From: Candidatus Latescibacterota bacterium
GTDB taxonomy: Bacteria; Latescibacterota; UBA2968
Direction: 5' to 3'
Length of the DNA stretch: 64,000 nt
Assembly: GCA_965207885.1 (NCBI GenBank)
Contig: OZ242311.1
Span: 32,001 to 96,000, forward strand
Shown: in pieces, positions 20,097-29,983 of the stretch
How the letters are laid out: each line of letters opens with the position of its first letter
Numbering within the stretch: the stretch's first letter is position 1
Program-made: the position numbers and the translations under genes
Notes under the pieces: model-generated
What the model saw: only the letters and a program-made list of their open reading frames with translations
What the model was told of the DNA's origin: nothing
The model's database searches: none

Positions 20097-20876
20097 CTAA
20101 TCTAAAAACTCAAGCACTCTCATTCGGTCAATCCAGCGCTGGCGCCTCAGATCTCCGTGGACATTTGCCAGCCAATGCGGCGGATGGATCGGCTCTGCAG
20201 GGCGATCGAATCTGACCGCAGTATCCGCATTCGACCTCCCCTGCTCCCGCGTCACACGCTCTTCCTCAGCAGTCTTGGGATTATTGTAATAGACAACCGT
20301 ACACATCCGGCGATCAACACCACCACCAAGACTCGCATGCCAGAGCCGCAGGTCAAAAGCCACCACATCTCCCGGCTCTGACGCACACACAAAAGCCGGC
20401 ACCTCGTCGAGATCCAGGCGAGACGCTTCTCGTGCCTGTCGCAACTCATCGTGAAAAGGGCATATATGTGAACCCGGTAACACGCGCAACGCGCCACTTT
20501 GTGCATCCACTGGCTTGAGATAAAAAGCGAACTTAACGCCATACTGGTGAGGACTCCGCGTATCCGGATGCCACTGCGTATCGCCCACATAGCGATTGGC
20601 ATCGCAAGCCACGCCAAACACATCCTCCCCGTAGAGTTGCTCTGCCACCCTGCAAAACCTGAGATCTTCCAGCAAACCCGCGAAAAAGGGCGTATTCGAT
20701 CCCAGCATAGGCACCCAATGCCGACGCGTACCGTCAAAAGGCGCATGTCGATACGCCGCTGTCAGAGCATGCTCGAACTCTTCGTTAATCGTCTTCAACT
20801 CGTCCTGATCAAACACCTGCCGAAGAATCAGAAATCCGAACGTCTTAAAATAATGAACCTCTTGCTCCGTCAGCAT
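20097..20876 (-). CDS. Phytanoyl-CoA dioxygenase (PhyH) family
   Basis: WHPD, GALRVLPGSH, PGDVVAFD..LWHA. Confidence 0.85.
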   Translation of the reverse strand: MLTEQEVHYFKTFGFLILRQVFDQDELKTINEEFEHALTAAYRHAPFDGTRRHWVPMLGSNTPFFAGLLEDLRFCRVAEQLYGEDVFGVACDANRYVGDTQWHPDTRSPHQYGVKFAFYLKPVDAQSGALRVLPGSHICPFHDELRQAREASRLDLDEVPAFVCASEPGDVVAFDLRLWHASLGGGVDRRMCTVVYYNNPKTAEEERVTREQGRSNADTAVRFDRPAEPIHPPHWLANVHGDLRRQRWIDRMRVLEFLD

Positions 20877-20889
20877 AAGCCCCCCTATT

Positions 20890-21984
20890 CTAAGACACAG
20901 AACTCAAAGGCTCTGAAATCGCGGCAACCTTCTCCTCATCCAATTCCATCCCCAACCCCGGACCTTCTGGCAAAATCACATAACCCTTCTCGTATTGTAT
21001 GCGCTCCTTAACCACATCGCTCTCGTACAGCAACCCACCTGTCGGATCGCCCGGATAATCGAGATTTTCCACCACAGAACCAAACGTCGCCTGAGCCGCC
21101 ACGCCAATGGACAGCTCCTGCGTCGTACCCACCAGACACGACAGACCAGCCGCATCGGCAACCTGCGCGATATGCAGCGCATTTGTGAACCCCCCCGCGC
21201 CCGACAAACTGATATTGAAAATATCGACATACCGGTGCCGGGCAAACTGATAGGCCTGATCCAGTGAACTGACGTGCTCGCTGATGGGCAGATCAATGCG
21301 CTTTCGCACCTCGTATTGACCCTCCAGATCTCTCCGGTCAGAGACTGATTCCAGATGAAAAGGCCTGTAATACCTCAGCAAAACATCCAGCGCCTGCACA
21401 ACCCGTTTCCACTTATGCGCGCCGCTAAAATCGAGCGACTTCAACACAAACTGATCGCCCCAGGACGACTTCACCCCATCCAAAAAAATCTCATCCGCCT
21501 CCACATTGCCGCCGTGATACAACCGAAACAGATCCTGACCCTCCTTCATCCGGCGATTGACTCGCGCGATATTCGCCTCGGCATCTTCCCTGGAATAATT
21601 CCTGAAAATCGGATAACACACGCGCCACTTATCCCTCAGCGCTCCGCCAAATACACCTGCAACCGACTGCCCCTGGATCTTGCCGACCAAATCGAAAAGA
21701 CCGATCTCAAACCCCGCTCGAATCGCCCCACCCATGCGGAACCGGGACCTCGCTTCAATGGTAATCGTACGCCACGCCAGCGGATCCTTCCCCACGAGCA
21801 ACGACTCGTAGGCACCCTTGACATCATTGAGATCGTACATAACACTCCAGTCGTTCACATCGGACATCTCCCCCAGACCGATCAATCCCTCATCAGTGTG
21901 AATGCGAACAATAACGTGACGAGACAAATGTCCAGTCTCACGCCTCGACGCAACGGGAGTCAAATCAACGCTCGTGATCTTCAT
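20890..21984 (-). CDS. Enolase superfamily (muconate cycloisomerase-like)
   Basis: TDEGLIGLGE, FDLVGK, PGLGMELD. Confidence 0.8.
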   Translation of the reverse strand: MKITSVDLTPVASRRETGHLSRHVIVRIHTDEGLIGLGEMSDVNDWSVMYDLNDVKGAYESLLVGKDPLAWRTITIEARSRFRMGGAIRAGFEIGLFDLVGKIQGQSVAGVFGGALRDKWRVCYPIFRNYSREDAEANIARVNRRMKEGQDLFRLYHGGNVEADEIFLDGVKSSWGDQFVLKSLDFSGAHKWKRVVQALDVLLRYYRPFHLESVSDRRDLEGQYEVRKRIDLPISEHVSSLDQAYQFARHRYVDIFNISLSGAGGFTNALHIAQVADAAGLSCLVGTTQELSIGVAAQATFGSVVENLDYPGDPTGGLLYESDVVKERIQYEKGYVILPEGPGLGMELDEEKVAAISEPLSSVS

Positions 21985-22103
21985 AACCACACTCCTTTGC
22001 CAGAAAAAGCATAACTATTTGGGCGTATTAACTTCAAACTAACGCATTTTTTTGGCAATATCAAGTATTACTGAGGACTGGGGACTGGATGACAGGCAAA
22101 ACC

Positions 22104-22138
22104 TCTGGATCGCGGCTCAACTTCACGCCGCAATGACA
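22104..22138. repeat. REP-like hairpin, copy 2
   Basis: GGATCGCGGCTCAACTTCACGCCGCAATGAC. Confidence 0.55.
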
Positions 22139-22165
22139 GCGAATGGGGGCTAACCGCCGATCACT

Positions 22166-22999
22166 TCAATACTTTCGCGCCAGCGGATCTGCACCGAGAA
22201 CATTGGGATGGGCAATTGCATTGCGGAGGGCTGTATAGAGAGGAAGAAGGCACTCGACATTTTGCGCGAGAGATCGTATCACAAAAAGATCGGACCTTGG
22301 GGAAGCAAAGGAAAGCAAAAGAGAACCCTGCGAGGGTTTCAACAAAGGAGTGAGCGATTGGGAAAGACTTTTGACCAGATATGCAAATCTCACAGAAGAA
22401 CCAGCAACAAAAATATTAAAAACAACACCATAAACCCCAAAAGCGCCCGCATATACCGGCGACAACGTCCCCGGCTCAGAATAATAGCGCTCCACCAGAA
22501 CCGGACGTTCGGGCGTATGCACAGTAATATCAGACCGGTAACTCGTGTACCCAAAACACTCGCCAAAAGCCACGCGTCCAGCCGTATGACCATCAGCCAG
22601 CACCAGACACGAATCAGACCCCAGATGCCACGTCTGCGCCTGCTCAAAAACACTTCGCGAGTATGGAACAACGGGATCGGGCAAAACAACGGCAAGGCTC
22701 CCGGCTTCCACCGCACCGCTAATTATCTGCTTACACGGAATACCATTGGGACTCTTATAAACTTTGGTAAACGCCTGAGTACCCAGATAAAGAGATGCCC
22801 CCTCACCACAGCGCACACACAGCGTCGTCGCATCCCCCTCCACCATACCGCCCCCATAACTGGAAAGCACAATAGCGCAATATTCGCCCTGCGCGGCGGG
22901 ATTGAGCAACTTCAAAGGTGCAACTGAGCGACAGGCAGTAAGGACAGAACGGGAGCCATTGCGAGTCACCTCAATTTGGGAAGGGAGGGGAGACATCAT
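22166..22999 (-). CDS. ureD: Urease accessory protein UreD
   Basis: [31 protein letters not shown]; lies in the urease operon. Confidence 0.9.
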   Translation of the reverse strand: MMSPLPSQIEVTRNGSRSVLTACRSVAPLKLLNPAAQGEYCAIVLSSYGGGMVEGDATTLCVRCGEGASLYLGTQAFTKVYKSPNGIPCKQIISGAVEAGSLAVVLPDPVVPYSRSVFEQAQTWHLGSDSCLVLADGHTAGRVAFGECFGYTSYRSDITVHTPERPVLVERYYSEPGTLSPVYAGAFGVYGVVFNIFVAGSSVRFAYLVKSLSQSLTPLLKPSQGSLLLSFASPRSDLFVIRSLAQNVECLLPLYTALRNAIAHPNVLGADPLARKY

Positions 23000-23727
23000 C
23001 GCGCCTGAGGTAACAGAACAGACCTGCGTGCATCGAGAACATGCTCAATAATCTCATCAAGCCCCGACCCGTGTTTGAGACAGGCAAAAAGCGTGGGACC
23101 ATCGCCGCGCATCTTCTTTGCATCTCGCGCCATAACCCCCAGGTCTGCGCCAATGAGATCGGCCAGATCGGTCTTATTAATAACCAGCAAATCCGATTGG
23201 GTAATACCCGGACCACCCTTTCGGGGAATCTTGTCCCCAGCGGAGACATCAATCACATAAATCGCGTAATCAACCAACTCCTTGCTAAAATGCGCCGCCA
23301 GATTATCGCCGCCACTCTCCACAAAAAGCAGATCGATATCGCACCCAAAGCGAATCATCAAATCCTCGAGCGCATTCAAATTGAGCGAAATATCCTCCCG
23401 AATAGCTGCATGCGGGCATCCGCCCGTCTCAACCCCAATAATGCGATCGGCCTCAAGCGCCTTGTGACGCAAAAGAAACTCAGCATCTTCGCGTGTAAAA
23501 ATATCATTCGTAACCACGCCGAGACTGAAGCGATCGCGCAGAGCTTCGCACAGCACGCGAACAAGCGCCGTCTTCCCCGTACCCACCGGACCACCAACCC
23601 CCACGGTAAACGCCCGCTGAGAAAAATCGCGGTCATAGAGAACCGACTCGCGCAAAGTAAAGTCACCCGGAGAATCAAAAGGCTCGTGAGAATGATCGTG
23701 GCCGTGATGGTGATGATGATTGTGCAT
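22996..23727 (-). CDS. ureG: Urease accessory GTPase UreG with His-rich N-terminus
   Basis: [33 protein letters not shown]. Confidence 0.97.
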   Translation of the reverse strand: MHNHHHHHGHDHSHEPFDSPGDFTLRESVLYDRDFSQRAFTVGVGGPVGTGKTALVRVLCEALRDRFSLGVVTNDIFTREDAEFLLRHKALEADRIIGVETGGCPHAAIREDISLNLNALEDLMIRFGCDIDLLFVESGGDNLAAHFSKELVDYAIYVIDVSAGDKIPRKGGPGITQSDLLVINKTDLADLIGADLGVMARDAKKMRGDGPTLFACLKHGSGLDEIIEHVLDARRSVLLPQAR

Positions 23728-23784
23728 AGAAAATCCTTTAATTTAACATACGGATCAAAGTAACCGATACCTGGAAATTTGCAC

Positions 23785-23847
23785 TGATTTGGGGAACGCT
23801 GGGCGGGGTTCGTTGATTCGTCTATTCGTCTATTCGTCTATTCGTCT
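23785..23847. repeat. Octamer-array element, copy 2 (core plus one arm)
   Basis: TGATTTGGGG...TGGGCGGGGTTCGTTGATTCG followed by (TCTATTCG)x3. Confidence 0.8.
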
Positions 23848-23848
23848 T

Positions 23849-24523
23849 TCAACTCTGAAACAACCGCGAATACAAATACTCGTGCATACCCTGTGCAATA
23901 TCCCACTGGGGCGCACAGCGCGTCGCACACGTATAATCTACCTGCGCGACAGAAGTCACAGCATTAATCGCCGTCTTGTGATGATGTTTTTGCAACCGCG
24001 CAGCTTCGAGAGGCCCAATCTGCCCCAGGCGAACAGCTGCACTGATCTGATCGCGCAAAAACTGATACATAAAAATCCGACACGTCTGCCCGCGTTTAAG
24101 CCCCGCAATCCGGAACGTCGCACCAAAAACAATCGTATAATGAGCCGGCACAGGTTGCGAAAGTAAGATTTTGTGCAACCGCGTCATCGCATCGGAAAAA
24201 TACAAATCGCGCATCAGCCGCAGCAAATTGCGCCCTTGCACCTCACTGCCGCGGACAATCGCCGGTGCCGTAAGCATCGCGTCGTACGCGAGCAGCATAT
24301 CCGTCAAATTTGCGGGAATCAAATCACCCTTAAAACACGCATTAACAAACGGAATCTCACTATTTGCCGTCGCGTGAATCACCGTTTGAAGATACGCATC
24401 CAGATCATCAGAAGACCGCAACAACCCCATCTGTTTGGTGGCCTCCAGCCCATAGGAAAAAGCATATCCACCCGTAGGGAAATTGCTATCGGCAAGTGTG
24501 AGAAGATCGAATAGCATAATCAA
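23849..24523 (-). CDS. ureF: Urease accessory protein UreF
   Basis: [31 protein letters not shown]. Confidence 0.95.
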   Translation of the reverse strand: MIMLFDLLTLADSNFPTGGYAFSYGLEATKQMGLLRSSDDLDAYLQTVIHATANSEIPFVNACFKGDLIPANLTDMLLAYDAMLTAPAIVRGSEVQGRNLLRLMRDLYFSDAMTRLHKILLSQPVPAHYTIVFGATFRIAGLKRGQTCRIFMYQFLRDQISAAVRLGQIGPLEAARLQKHHHKTAINAVTSVAQVDYTCATRCAPQWDIAQGMHEYLYSRLFQS

Positions 24524-26223
24524 AACAAATTATAAAGCTGCGCCAGCGGCAATTTCTCTGCCGCCTCACAGGTAAGCAATTCGCCATTGACCGTAACGCT
24601 ATAAGTCTCCGGATCAATGTGAATATCGGGAATAAAATCATTGAGCTTCATATCCCTCTTCCCAATATCCCGACAATTGGACACCGCAACAACGCTCTTG
24701 GACAGATCATAAGACCCAACCGTATCCAGCGAAATCCTGGAGACAAAAGCGAGAGACGCAGAACCCACGGCATTGCCATAAGCGCCGAACATCGGACGCG
24801 GATACACGGGTTGCGGCGTGGGAATCGAAGCATTTGGATCGCCCATCTGCGAATATGCGATTATGCCTCCCTTAATCACCATCTCGGGTTTTGCACCAAA
24901 AAAAGATGGCTTCCAGAGCACCAGATCCGCGAGCTTGCCCACCTCAACCGAACCGATATAATCGCTCAAACCATGAGCCGTCGCGGGATTAATCGTATAT
25001 TTGGCGATATACCGCTTCACACGCCCATTATCATTCCCCTGATCGCCGCGCAGTGCACCGCGCTGCTCGCGCATCTTATGGGCGGTCTGCCACGTGCGAC
25101 AAATAACCTCCCCCACGCGCCCCATCGCCTGACTATCCGATGCAATAATCGACAGCGCCCCCATATCGTGCAAAATATCTTCTGCCGCAATCGTCTCCTG
25201 CCGAATGCGGCTCTCGGCAAAAGCCACATCCTCGGGTATATTTTTATCCAGATGATGGCACACCATAAGCATATCCAGATGCTCATCAATCGTATTCGCC
25301 GTAAAAGGCCGCGTGGGATTGGTGGAAGAAGGCAAAACATTCGCCTCGCCACAAAGACGCATAATATCCGGCGCGTGTCCCCCACCCGCACCCTCGGTGT
25401 GATACGTGTGAATCGTGCGCCCCTTAAAAGCCGCACAGCTCTGCTCCACAAAACCCGACTCATTGAGCGTATCCGTATGAATCGCCACCTGAACATCGTA
25501 TTCATCGGCAACCGAAAGACAGGAATCAATAGCAGCAGGCGTCGTACCCCAGTCCTCGTGGAGTTTAAGCCCGCATGCACCCCCTTCAATCTGCTCAATA
25601 AGCCCCTGCGGAAGCGAAGAATTGCCCTTGCCCAAAAAACCAAAATTGAGGGGAAAGGCATCACTCGACTCCAGCATCATGCGAATGTGATGCGCCCCCG
25701 GTGTACACGTCGTAGCATTGGTCCCTGTCGCCGGACCCGTACCGCCACCCAGCATAGTCGTAATACCCGAAGCTATCGCCTCTTCAACCTGCTGAGGACA
25801 GATAAAATGGACATGCACATCGAGCGCGCCAGCCGTGAGCATATGACCTTCGCCCGCGATAACCTCGGTCGTAACCCCCACGATGAGATCGGAATCAACA
25901 CCCGACATAATATCGGGATTACCCGCCTTGCCAATACCGGCGACACGCCCGTCTTTAATCCCAATATCCGCTTTGTATATCCCCGTATAGTCAACGACAA
26001 GTGCATTGGTAATAACAAGATCCAGCGCCCTATCCTGCGACACACCCGTAGCCTGGCCCATGCCATCGCGGAGTACCTTACCCCCGCCAAACTTGCACTC
26101 ATCGCCGTAAATCGTATAATCGTTCTCCACTTCAACGACAAGATGGGTATCGCCCAATTGAACGCGGTCTCCCGTCGTGGGACCGTACATACTGGCATAA
26201 GCGATTCGGTCAATCTGAGACAT
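24520..26223 (-). CDS. ureC: Urease alpha subunit
   Basis: [43 protein letters not shown]; ATG at 26223. Confidence 0.97.
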   Translation of the reverse strand: MSQIDRIAYASMYGPTTGDRVQLGDTHLVVEVENDYTIYGDECKFGGGKVLRDGMGQATGVSQDRALDLVITNALVVDYTGIYKADIGIKDGRVAGIGKAGNPDIMSGVDSDLIVGVTTEVIAGEGHMLTAGALDVHVHFICPQQVEEAIASGITTMLGGGTGPATGTNATTCTPGAHHIRMMLESSDAFPLNFGFLGKGNSSLPQGLIEQIEGGACGLKLHEDWGTTPAAIDSCLSVADEYDVQVAIHTDTLNESGFVEQSCAAFKGRTIHTYHTEGAGGGHAPDIMRLCGEANVLPSSTNPTRPFTANTIDEHLDMLMVCHHLDKNIPEDVAFAESRIRQETIAAEDILHDMGALSIIASDSQAMGRVGEVICRTWQTAHKMREQRGALRGDQGNDNGRVKRYIAKYTINPATAHGLSDYIGSVEVGKLADLVLWKPSFFGAKPEMVIKGGIIAYSQMGDPNASIPTPQPVYPRPMFGAYGNAVGSASLAFVSRISLDTVGSYDLSKSVVAVSNCRDIGKRDMKLNDFIPDIHIDPETYSVTVNGELLTCEAAEKLPLAQLYNLF

Positions 26224-26974
26224 TTGGAATCCCCTTAAATCCACCATCCCCCGCCCTTTGCAAAGCCACTGCCTTATTCTCATCGATCTGCCCCGAAATA
26301 AGGCCATTACCCCCATAAACTGTGCGGTTGCCGGCAATAGCCACGAGATCAACCGTCCTGCTCTCGCCCGGTTCAAAACGCACGGCAGTACCAGATGGAA
26401 TATCGAGACGGAAGCCATAGGCTTTTTCGCGATCAAACGAAAGCGCGGGATTAACTTCAAAAAATGTATAATGCGAACCCACCTGTATCGGACGATCTCC
26501 GGTATTGGTCACAAAAAGAGAAATAGTCTCCCGGTCCGCATTGAGCGTAATTGGCTCAACCGCCGTGGTCCCGGCACCCGGCATTTCCGAAACCGCATTA
26601 TCCGGTGACCAGGGCGAGCGAACGCGCGCGAGACCCGAACCGTACAACGCGAGTTCAGAATCACCTTCTGCGCGGCAGATGGGATGGTGAACCGTCACGA
26701 GCTTCGTCCCATCGGGAAACGTACCCTCCACCTGCACCTCGTGAACCATATCCGGAACACCGGGCAAAACATCTTCCGTACCCAACAACTGCTTGCCCTT
26801 GTCCATAAGTATAGCAACGGACTCGCCATCGCGGATAAACTCGAGAAGCTGTGCCGCGATAAGCGACACGGCTTCGGGATAATTGAGACGCAAGCCCCGG
26901 GCATACCGCTTCTGCGCGAGAAAACCCGCGTTGTGGAGCATCAATTTGTCAATTTCTTTTGGCGATAAATACAT
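26210..26974 (-). CDS. ureA: Urease gamma/beta fused subunit
   Basis: [23 protein letters not shown] (gamma); [19 protein letters not shown] (beta). Confidence 0.95.
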   Translation of the reverse strand: MYLSPKEIDKLMLHNAGFLAQKRYARGLRLNYPEAVSLIAAQLLEFIRDGESVAILMDKGKQLLGTEDVLPGVPDMVHEVQVEGTFPDGTKLVTVHHPICRAEGDSELALYGSGLARVRSPWSPDNAVSEMPGAGTTAVEPITLNADRETISLFVTNTGDRPIQVGSHYTFFEVNPALSFDREKAYGFRLDIPSGTAVRFEPGESRTVDLVAIAGNRTVYGGNGLISGQIDENKAVALQRAGDGGFKGIPNVSD

Positions 26975-26990
26975 GGAAAATCCCTTACAA

Positions 26991-27143
26991 GCGAATCAAC
27001 GAATCAGCGAATCAACGAATCAGCGAATCAACGAATCAGCGAATCAACGAACCCCGCCCATCCTCCCAAAGCATGTGCTGACATGATGTAAGTCAGTATC
27101 AGTATGTATGCCAATTCGTCTATTCGTCTATTCGTCTATTCGT
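26991..27143. repeat. Octamer-array element, copy 3 (inverted orientation)
   Basis: Alternating CGAATCAA/CGAATCAG array, core CCCCGCCCATCCTCCCAAA, then (TTCGTCTA)x3. Confidence 0.9.
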
Positions 27144-27157
27144 GCTTTAATCCCTGA

Positions 27158-27877
27158 TTAAAACGTGAGATACTGCTTAATACTCTCATCCGACAGCTCA
27201 TCCGCAGAACCGCACAACGCAACCGTTCCGCGATCCATCAAATAGAAATAATCGGCAATCTGCCGGGCAAAATCAAAGTACTGCTCCACCAGAATAATGG
27301 TGAGATTCCCTTTATCCTTCAGATGGATCAACACATTCTCGATATCGAGAATAATCGAAGGCTGAATACCTTCTGTAGGCTCGTCCAGAATGAGAATATC
27401 CGGATCGCCAACGAGCGCACGGGCAATGGCGAGTTGCTGTTGCTGCCCACCACTGAGATTACCCCCCATTCGATCTTGCATATCGGCCAACACGGGAAAA
27501 AGGTCGTAAATCAGATCCTCCGGCAGAGATGCAAGGCCATCTGTACGCGCTTCCAGGCCAATTTGCAAATTCTCATACACCGTCAACCTGGGAAAAATCT
27601 CGCGCCCTTGCGGCACATAACTCAAACCCGCGCGCGCCCGCAAATCCGGTGCCTGCCCCGTTATATCCTCACCATTCAATAGAATATTCCCTCGCCGAGG
27701 ACGCAACAGACCCATGATCGTCTTAATAAGCGTCGTCTTCCCAACGCCATTGCGACCCATAACCGCCACAATAGCCCCCCTGGGAATATCCATATCAATA
27801 TCGCGTAAGATCAGACTCTCGCCGTAATAAACATCCAGACCTCGAACGGTAAGCACAGTATCTGTGATCGTCGTCAT
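27158..27877 (-). CDS. urtE: Urea ABC transporter ATP-binding subunit
   Basis: GRNGVGKTT, YVPQGREIF, LSGGQQQQL, LDEPTEGIQP. Confidence 0.92.
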   Translation of the reverse strand: MTTITDTVLTVRGLDVYYGESLILRDIDMDIPRGAIVAVMGRNGVGKTTLIKTIMGLLRPRRGNILLNGEDITGQAPDLRARAGLSYVPQGREIFPRLTVYENLQIGLEARTDGLASLPEDLIYDLFPVLADMQDRMGGNLSGGQQQQLAIARALVGDPDILILDEPTEGIQPSIILDIENVLIHLKDKGNLTIILVEQYFDFARQIADYFYLMDRGTVALCGSADELSDESIKQYLTF

Positions 27878-27897
27878 TAAAATCCTATCCCATCCAT

Positions 27898-28650
27898 TCA
27901 ATGCTGCGCACTACCCAAATAACACTCAATAACCCGGGGATCATTTTGCACCTGATCCATCGGTCCCTCAACGAGCACCTTGCCCTCGTGGAGAACCGTA
28001 ACAGTGCGGGCGATCTGTCTCACAAACTCCATATCGTGCTCAATAACAATAATCGCGTGATTCATCGTCAGACGTTCGAGAAGTTCCCCCGTCTTAACCG
28101 TCTCTTCATCCGTCATACCAGCAGCGGGTTCATCAATCAAAAAAAGCTCGGGATCTTGCAAAATAACCATCGCAATCTCGAGCCACTGTTTTTGCCCGTG
28201 CGAAAGCGCATCGGCAACCGTATGCAGATGGTCAGCCAAACCCGTCTGCTCTGCAACAGCCTGGATGCGATCGCGATTCTTATCCGACAGACGCGAAACA
28301 AGCGAAAAGAGAACCGTGCGGTCAGTCTTGAGCGCCAGCATCAAATTCTCGTACACCGTAAGAGAAGTAAAAACAGACGGCGTTTGAAACTTCCGCCCAA
28401 CACCCGCCTTGACAATCGCATCTTCGCTCATCTGCGTGAGATCGAACTTCTCAAAACGCGCACTGCCGCAATCGGGTCTGGTCTTCCCACACAAAACATC
28501 GAGAAAAGTCGTCTTACCCGCACCATTTGGACCGATAACAACGCGCAATTCGCGGTCGTGCAGGACAAACTCATCTATGTCGAGCGCGACAAACCCATCA
28601 AAGGACACGCGCAAATTTTCAACAGTCAGCAGAACCGGATCAAATATCAT
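27898..28650 (-). CDS. urtD: Urea ABC transporter ATP-binding subunit
   Basis: GPNGAGKTT, GRKFQTP, LSHGQKQWLE. Confidence 0.92.
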   Translation of the reverse strand: MIFDPVLLTVENLRVSFDGFVALDIDEFVLHDRELRVVIGPNGAGKTTFLDVLCGKTRPDCGSARFEKFDLTQMSEDAIVKAGVGRKFQTPSVFTSLTVYENLMLALKTDRTVLFSLVSRLSDKNRDRIQAVAEQTGLADHLHTVADALSHGQKQWLEIAMVILQDPELFLIDEPAAGMTDEETVKTGELLERLTMNHAIIVIEHDMEFVRQIARTVTVLHEGKVLVEGPMDQVQNDPRVIECYLGSAQH

Positions 28651-28651
28651 A

Positions 28652-29746
28652 TCAATCCTGACTTTCAGCAGGTACAGGTGCTGGGATGCGTGTGGGCAAG
28701 AATCGCTTCAAACTACTTAGCTTTATCTTAGACCGCAGACCAATGAGACCATCGGGAAAAAAGAGCACAACGCCGATAAAAAGGAATCCCAAAAAATAGA
28801 GCCAGGTACCGGGGAACGCACCCGTCAAAAAACTGTAGAGAAGATTCACAAGAACCGCACCGATAATCGGACCAATCAGAGTCCCCCGCCCGCCAACAGC
28901 AACCCATATCACCATCTCAATAGAAGCCTGCACATCCATCCGGCCCGGTGTAATAATCCCGGTCTGAGGCACATAGAGCAACCCACCCAGAGCACCGAGC
29001 ATACTGGCCATCACAAAAATAAATACCTTGTAGCTCATAACGCGATAGCCGATAAAACGCAACCGATGCTCACTATCGCGAACCGCAATAAGCACGCGCC
29101 CGAGCTTGGATTTCACCACAAAGCGGCACAAAAAATAGGAAACAAAAAGCGTGACAAAAGCAATAACATAAAGACCGCGTTTGCTCGCCGGATCCGCCAG
29201 CTCAAAACCGAGCAACGTCTTAAAATCCGTCAGCCCATTGGTACCGCCGAGCATGGTTTCATTCCGCAAAAAAATGAGCCAGACCCCCAGGGCAAGCGCC
29301 TGCGTAATAATCGCAAAATAAACCCCCTGGAGCCGGCTGCGAAAAGCCAGAAACCCAAAAATGAGCGCAATAATCACCGGAACCATAAGCGCCAGAATAA
29401 ACGCAAATGTAAAAGTGTGAAAAGGCTCCCAAAAAAGCGGCAATTGTTCCACGCGATTCCACACCATAAAATCCGGCAACGTACTCCCATAAACCCCTTG
29501 CGTACCCGTCTTGAGCAGCATGTGCATCCCAATCGCATACCCACCCAAACAAAAAAAGAACGCCTGACACAGCGACAGAATACCCGTATATCCCCAGATC
29601 AGATCAATCCCCAGTGCGGCAATCGCAAAACAAAAATAGCGACCCCAGAGATTCAACGTCGTATCAGAAAGCAACCCCATAGCATTGAGCACGGGCGCGG
29701 CAATGCCAAAAATGAGGAATACAATGATAGGACGGTAATAGGTCAT
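28652..29746 (-). CDS. urtC: Urea ABC transporter permease
   Basis: DLIWGYTGILSL, LPDFM, GGTNGLTDF. Confidence 0.92.
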   Translation of the reverse strand: MTYYRPIIVFLIFGIAAPVLNAMGLLSDTTLNLWGRYFCFAIAALGIDLIWGYTGILSLCQAFFFCLGGYAIGMHMLLKTGTQGVYGSTLPDFMVWNRVEQLPLFWEPFHTFTFAFILALMVPVIIALIFGFLAFRSRLQGVYFAIITQALALGVWLIFLRNETMLGGTNGLTDFKTLLGFELADPASKRGLYVIAFVTLFVSYFLCRFVVKSKLGRVLIAVRDSEHRLRFIGYRVMSYKVFIFVMASMLGALGGLLYVPQTGIITPGRMDVQASIEMVIWVAVGGRGTLIGPIIGAVLVNLLYSFLTGAFPGTWLYFLGFLFIGVVLFFPDGLIGLRSKIKLSSLKRFLPTRIPAPVPAESQD

Positions 29747-29762
29747 AAGATAGCTCTCGCGT

Positions 29763-29980
29763 GCGAATCAACGAATCTGCGAATCAACGAATCTGCGAAT
29801 CAACGAATCTGCGAATCAACGAATCTGCGAATCAACGAATCTGCGAATCAACGAATCTGCGAATCAACGAATCTGCGAATCAACGAATCTGCGAATCGAA
29901 GCTCGTAGTGATTTGGGGTGGTTGGGTGGGATTCGTCTATTCGTCTATTCGCGCTTTTCTCGTCTATTCGTCTATTCGCG
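29763..29980. repeat. Octamer-array element, copy 4
   Basis: About eight CGAATCAA-CGAATCTG 16-mers, core TGATTTGGGGTGGTTGGGTGGGATTCG, then TCTATTCG arms. Confidence 0.9.
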
Positions 29981-29983
29981 TTT

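Noticed and set aside
24619-26238. 539-aa plus-strand ORF
   Set aside because: Antisense shadow of ureC.
26224-26460. 79-aa N-terminal extension of UreC
   Set aside because: Overlaps the beta domain of ureAB in another frame; urease-alpha similarity starts at ATG 26223.
27098-27114. Sigma54 promoter upstream of ureA
   Set aside because: TGGCATACATACTGAT has the -24 GG but lacks the -12 GC.
29763-29900. CRISPR array
   Set aside because: Pure 8/16-bp tandem units with no unique spacers and no cas genes; the same applies to 252-315 and 26991-27050.
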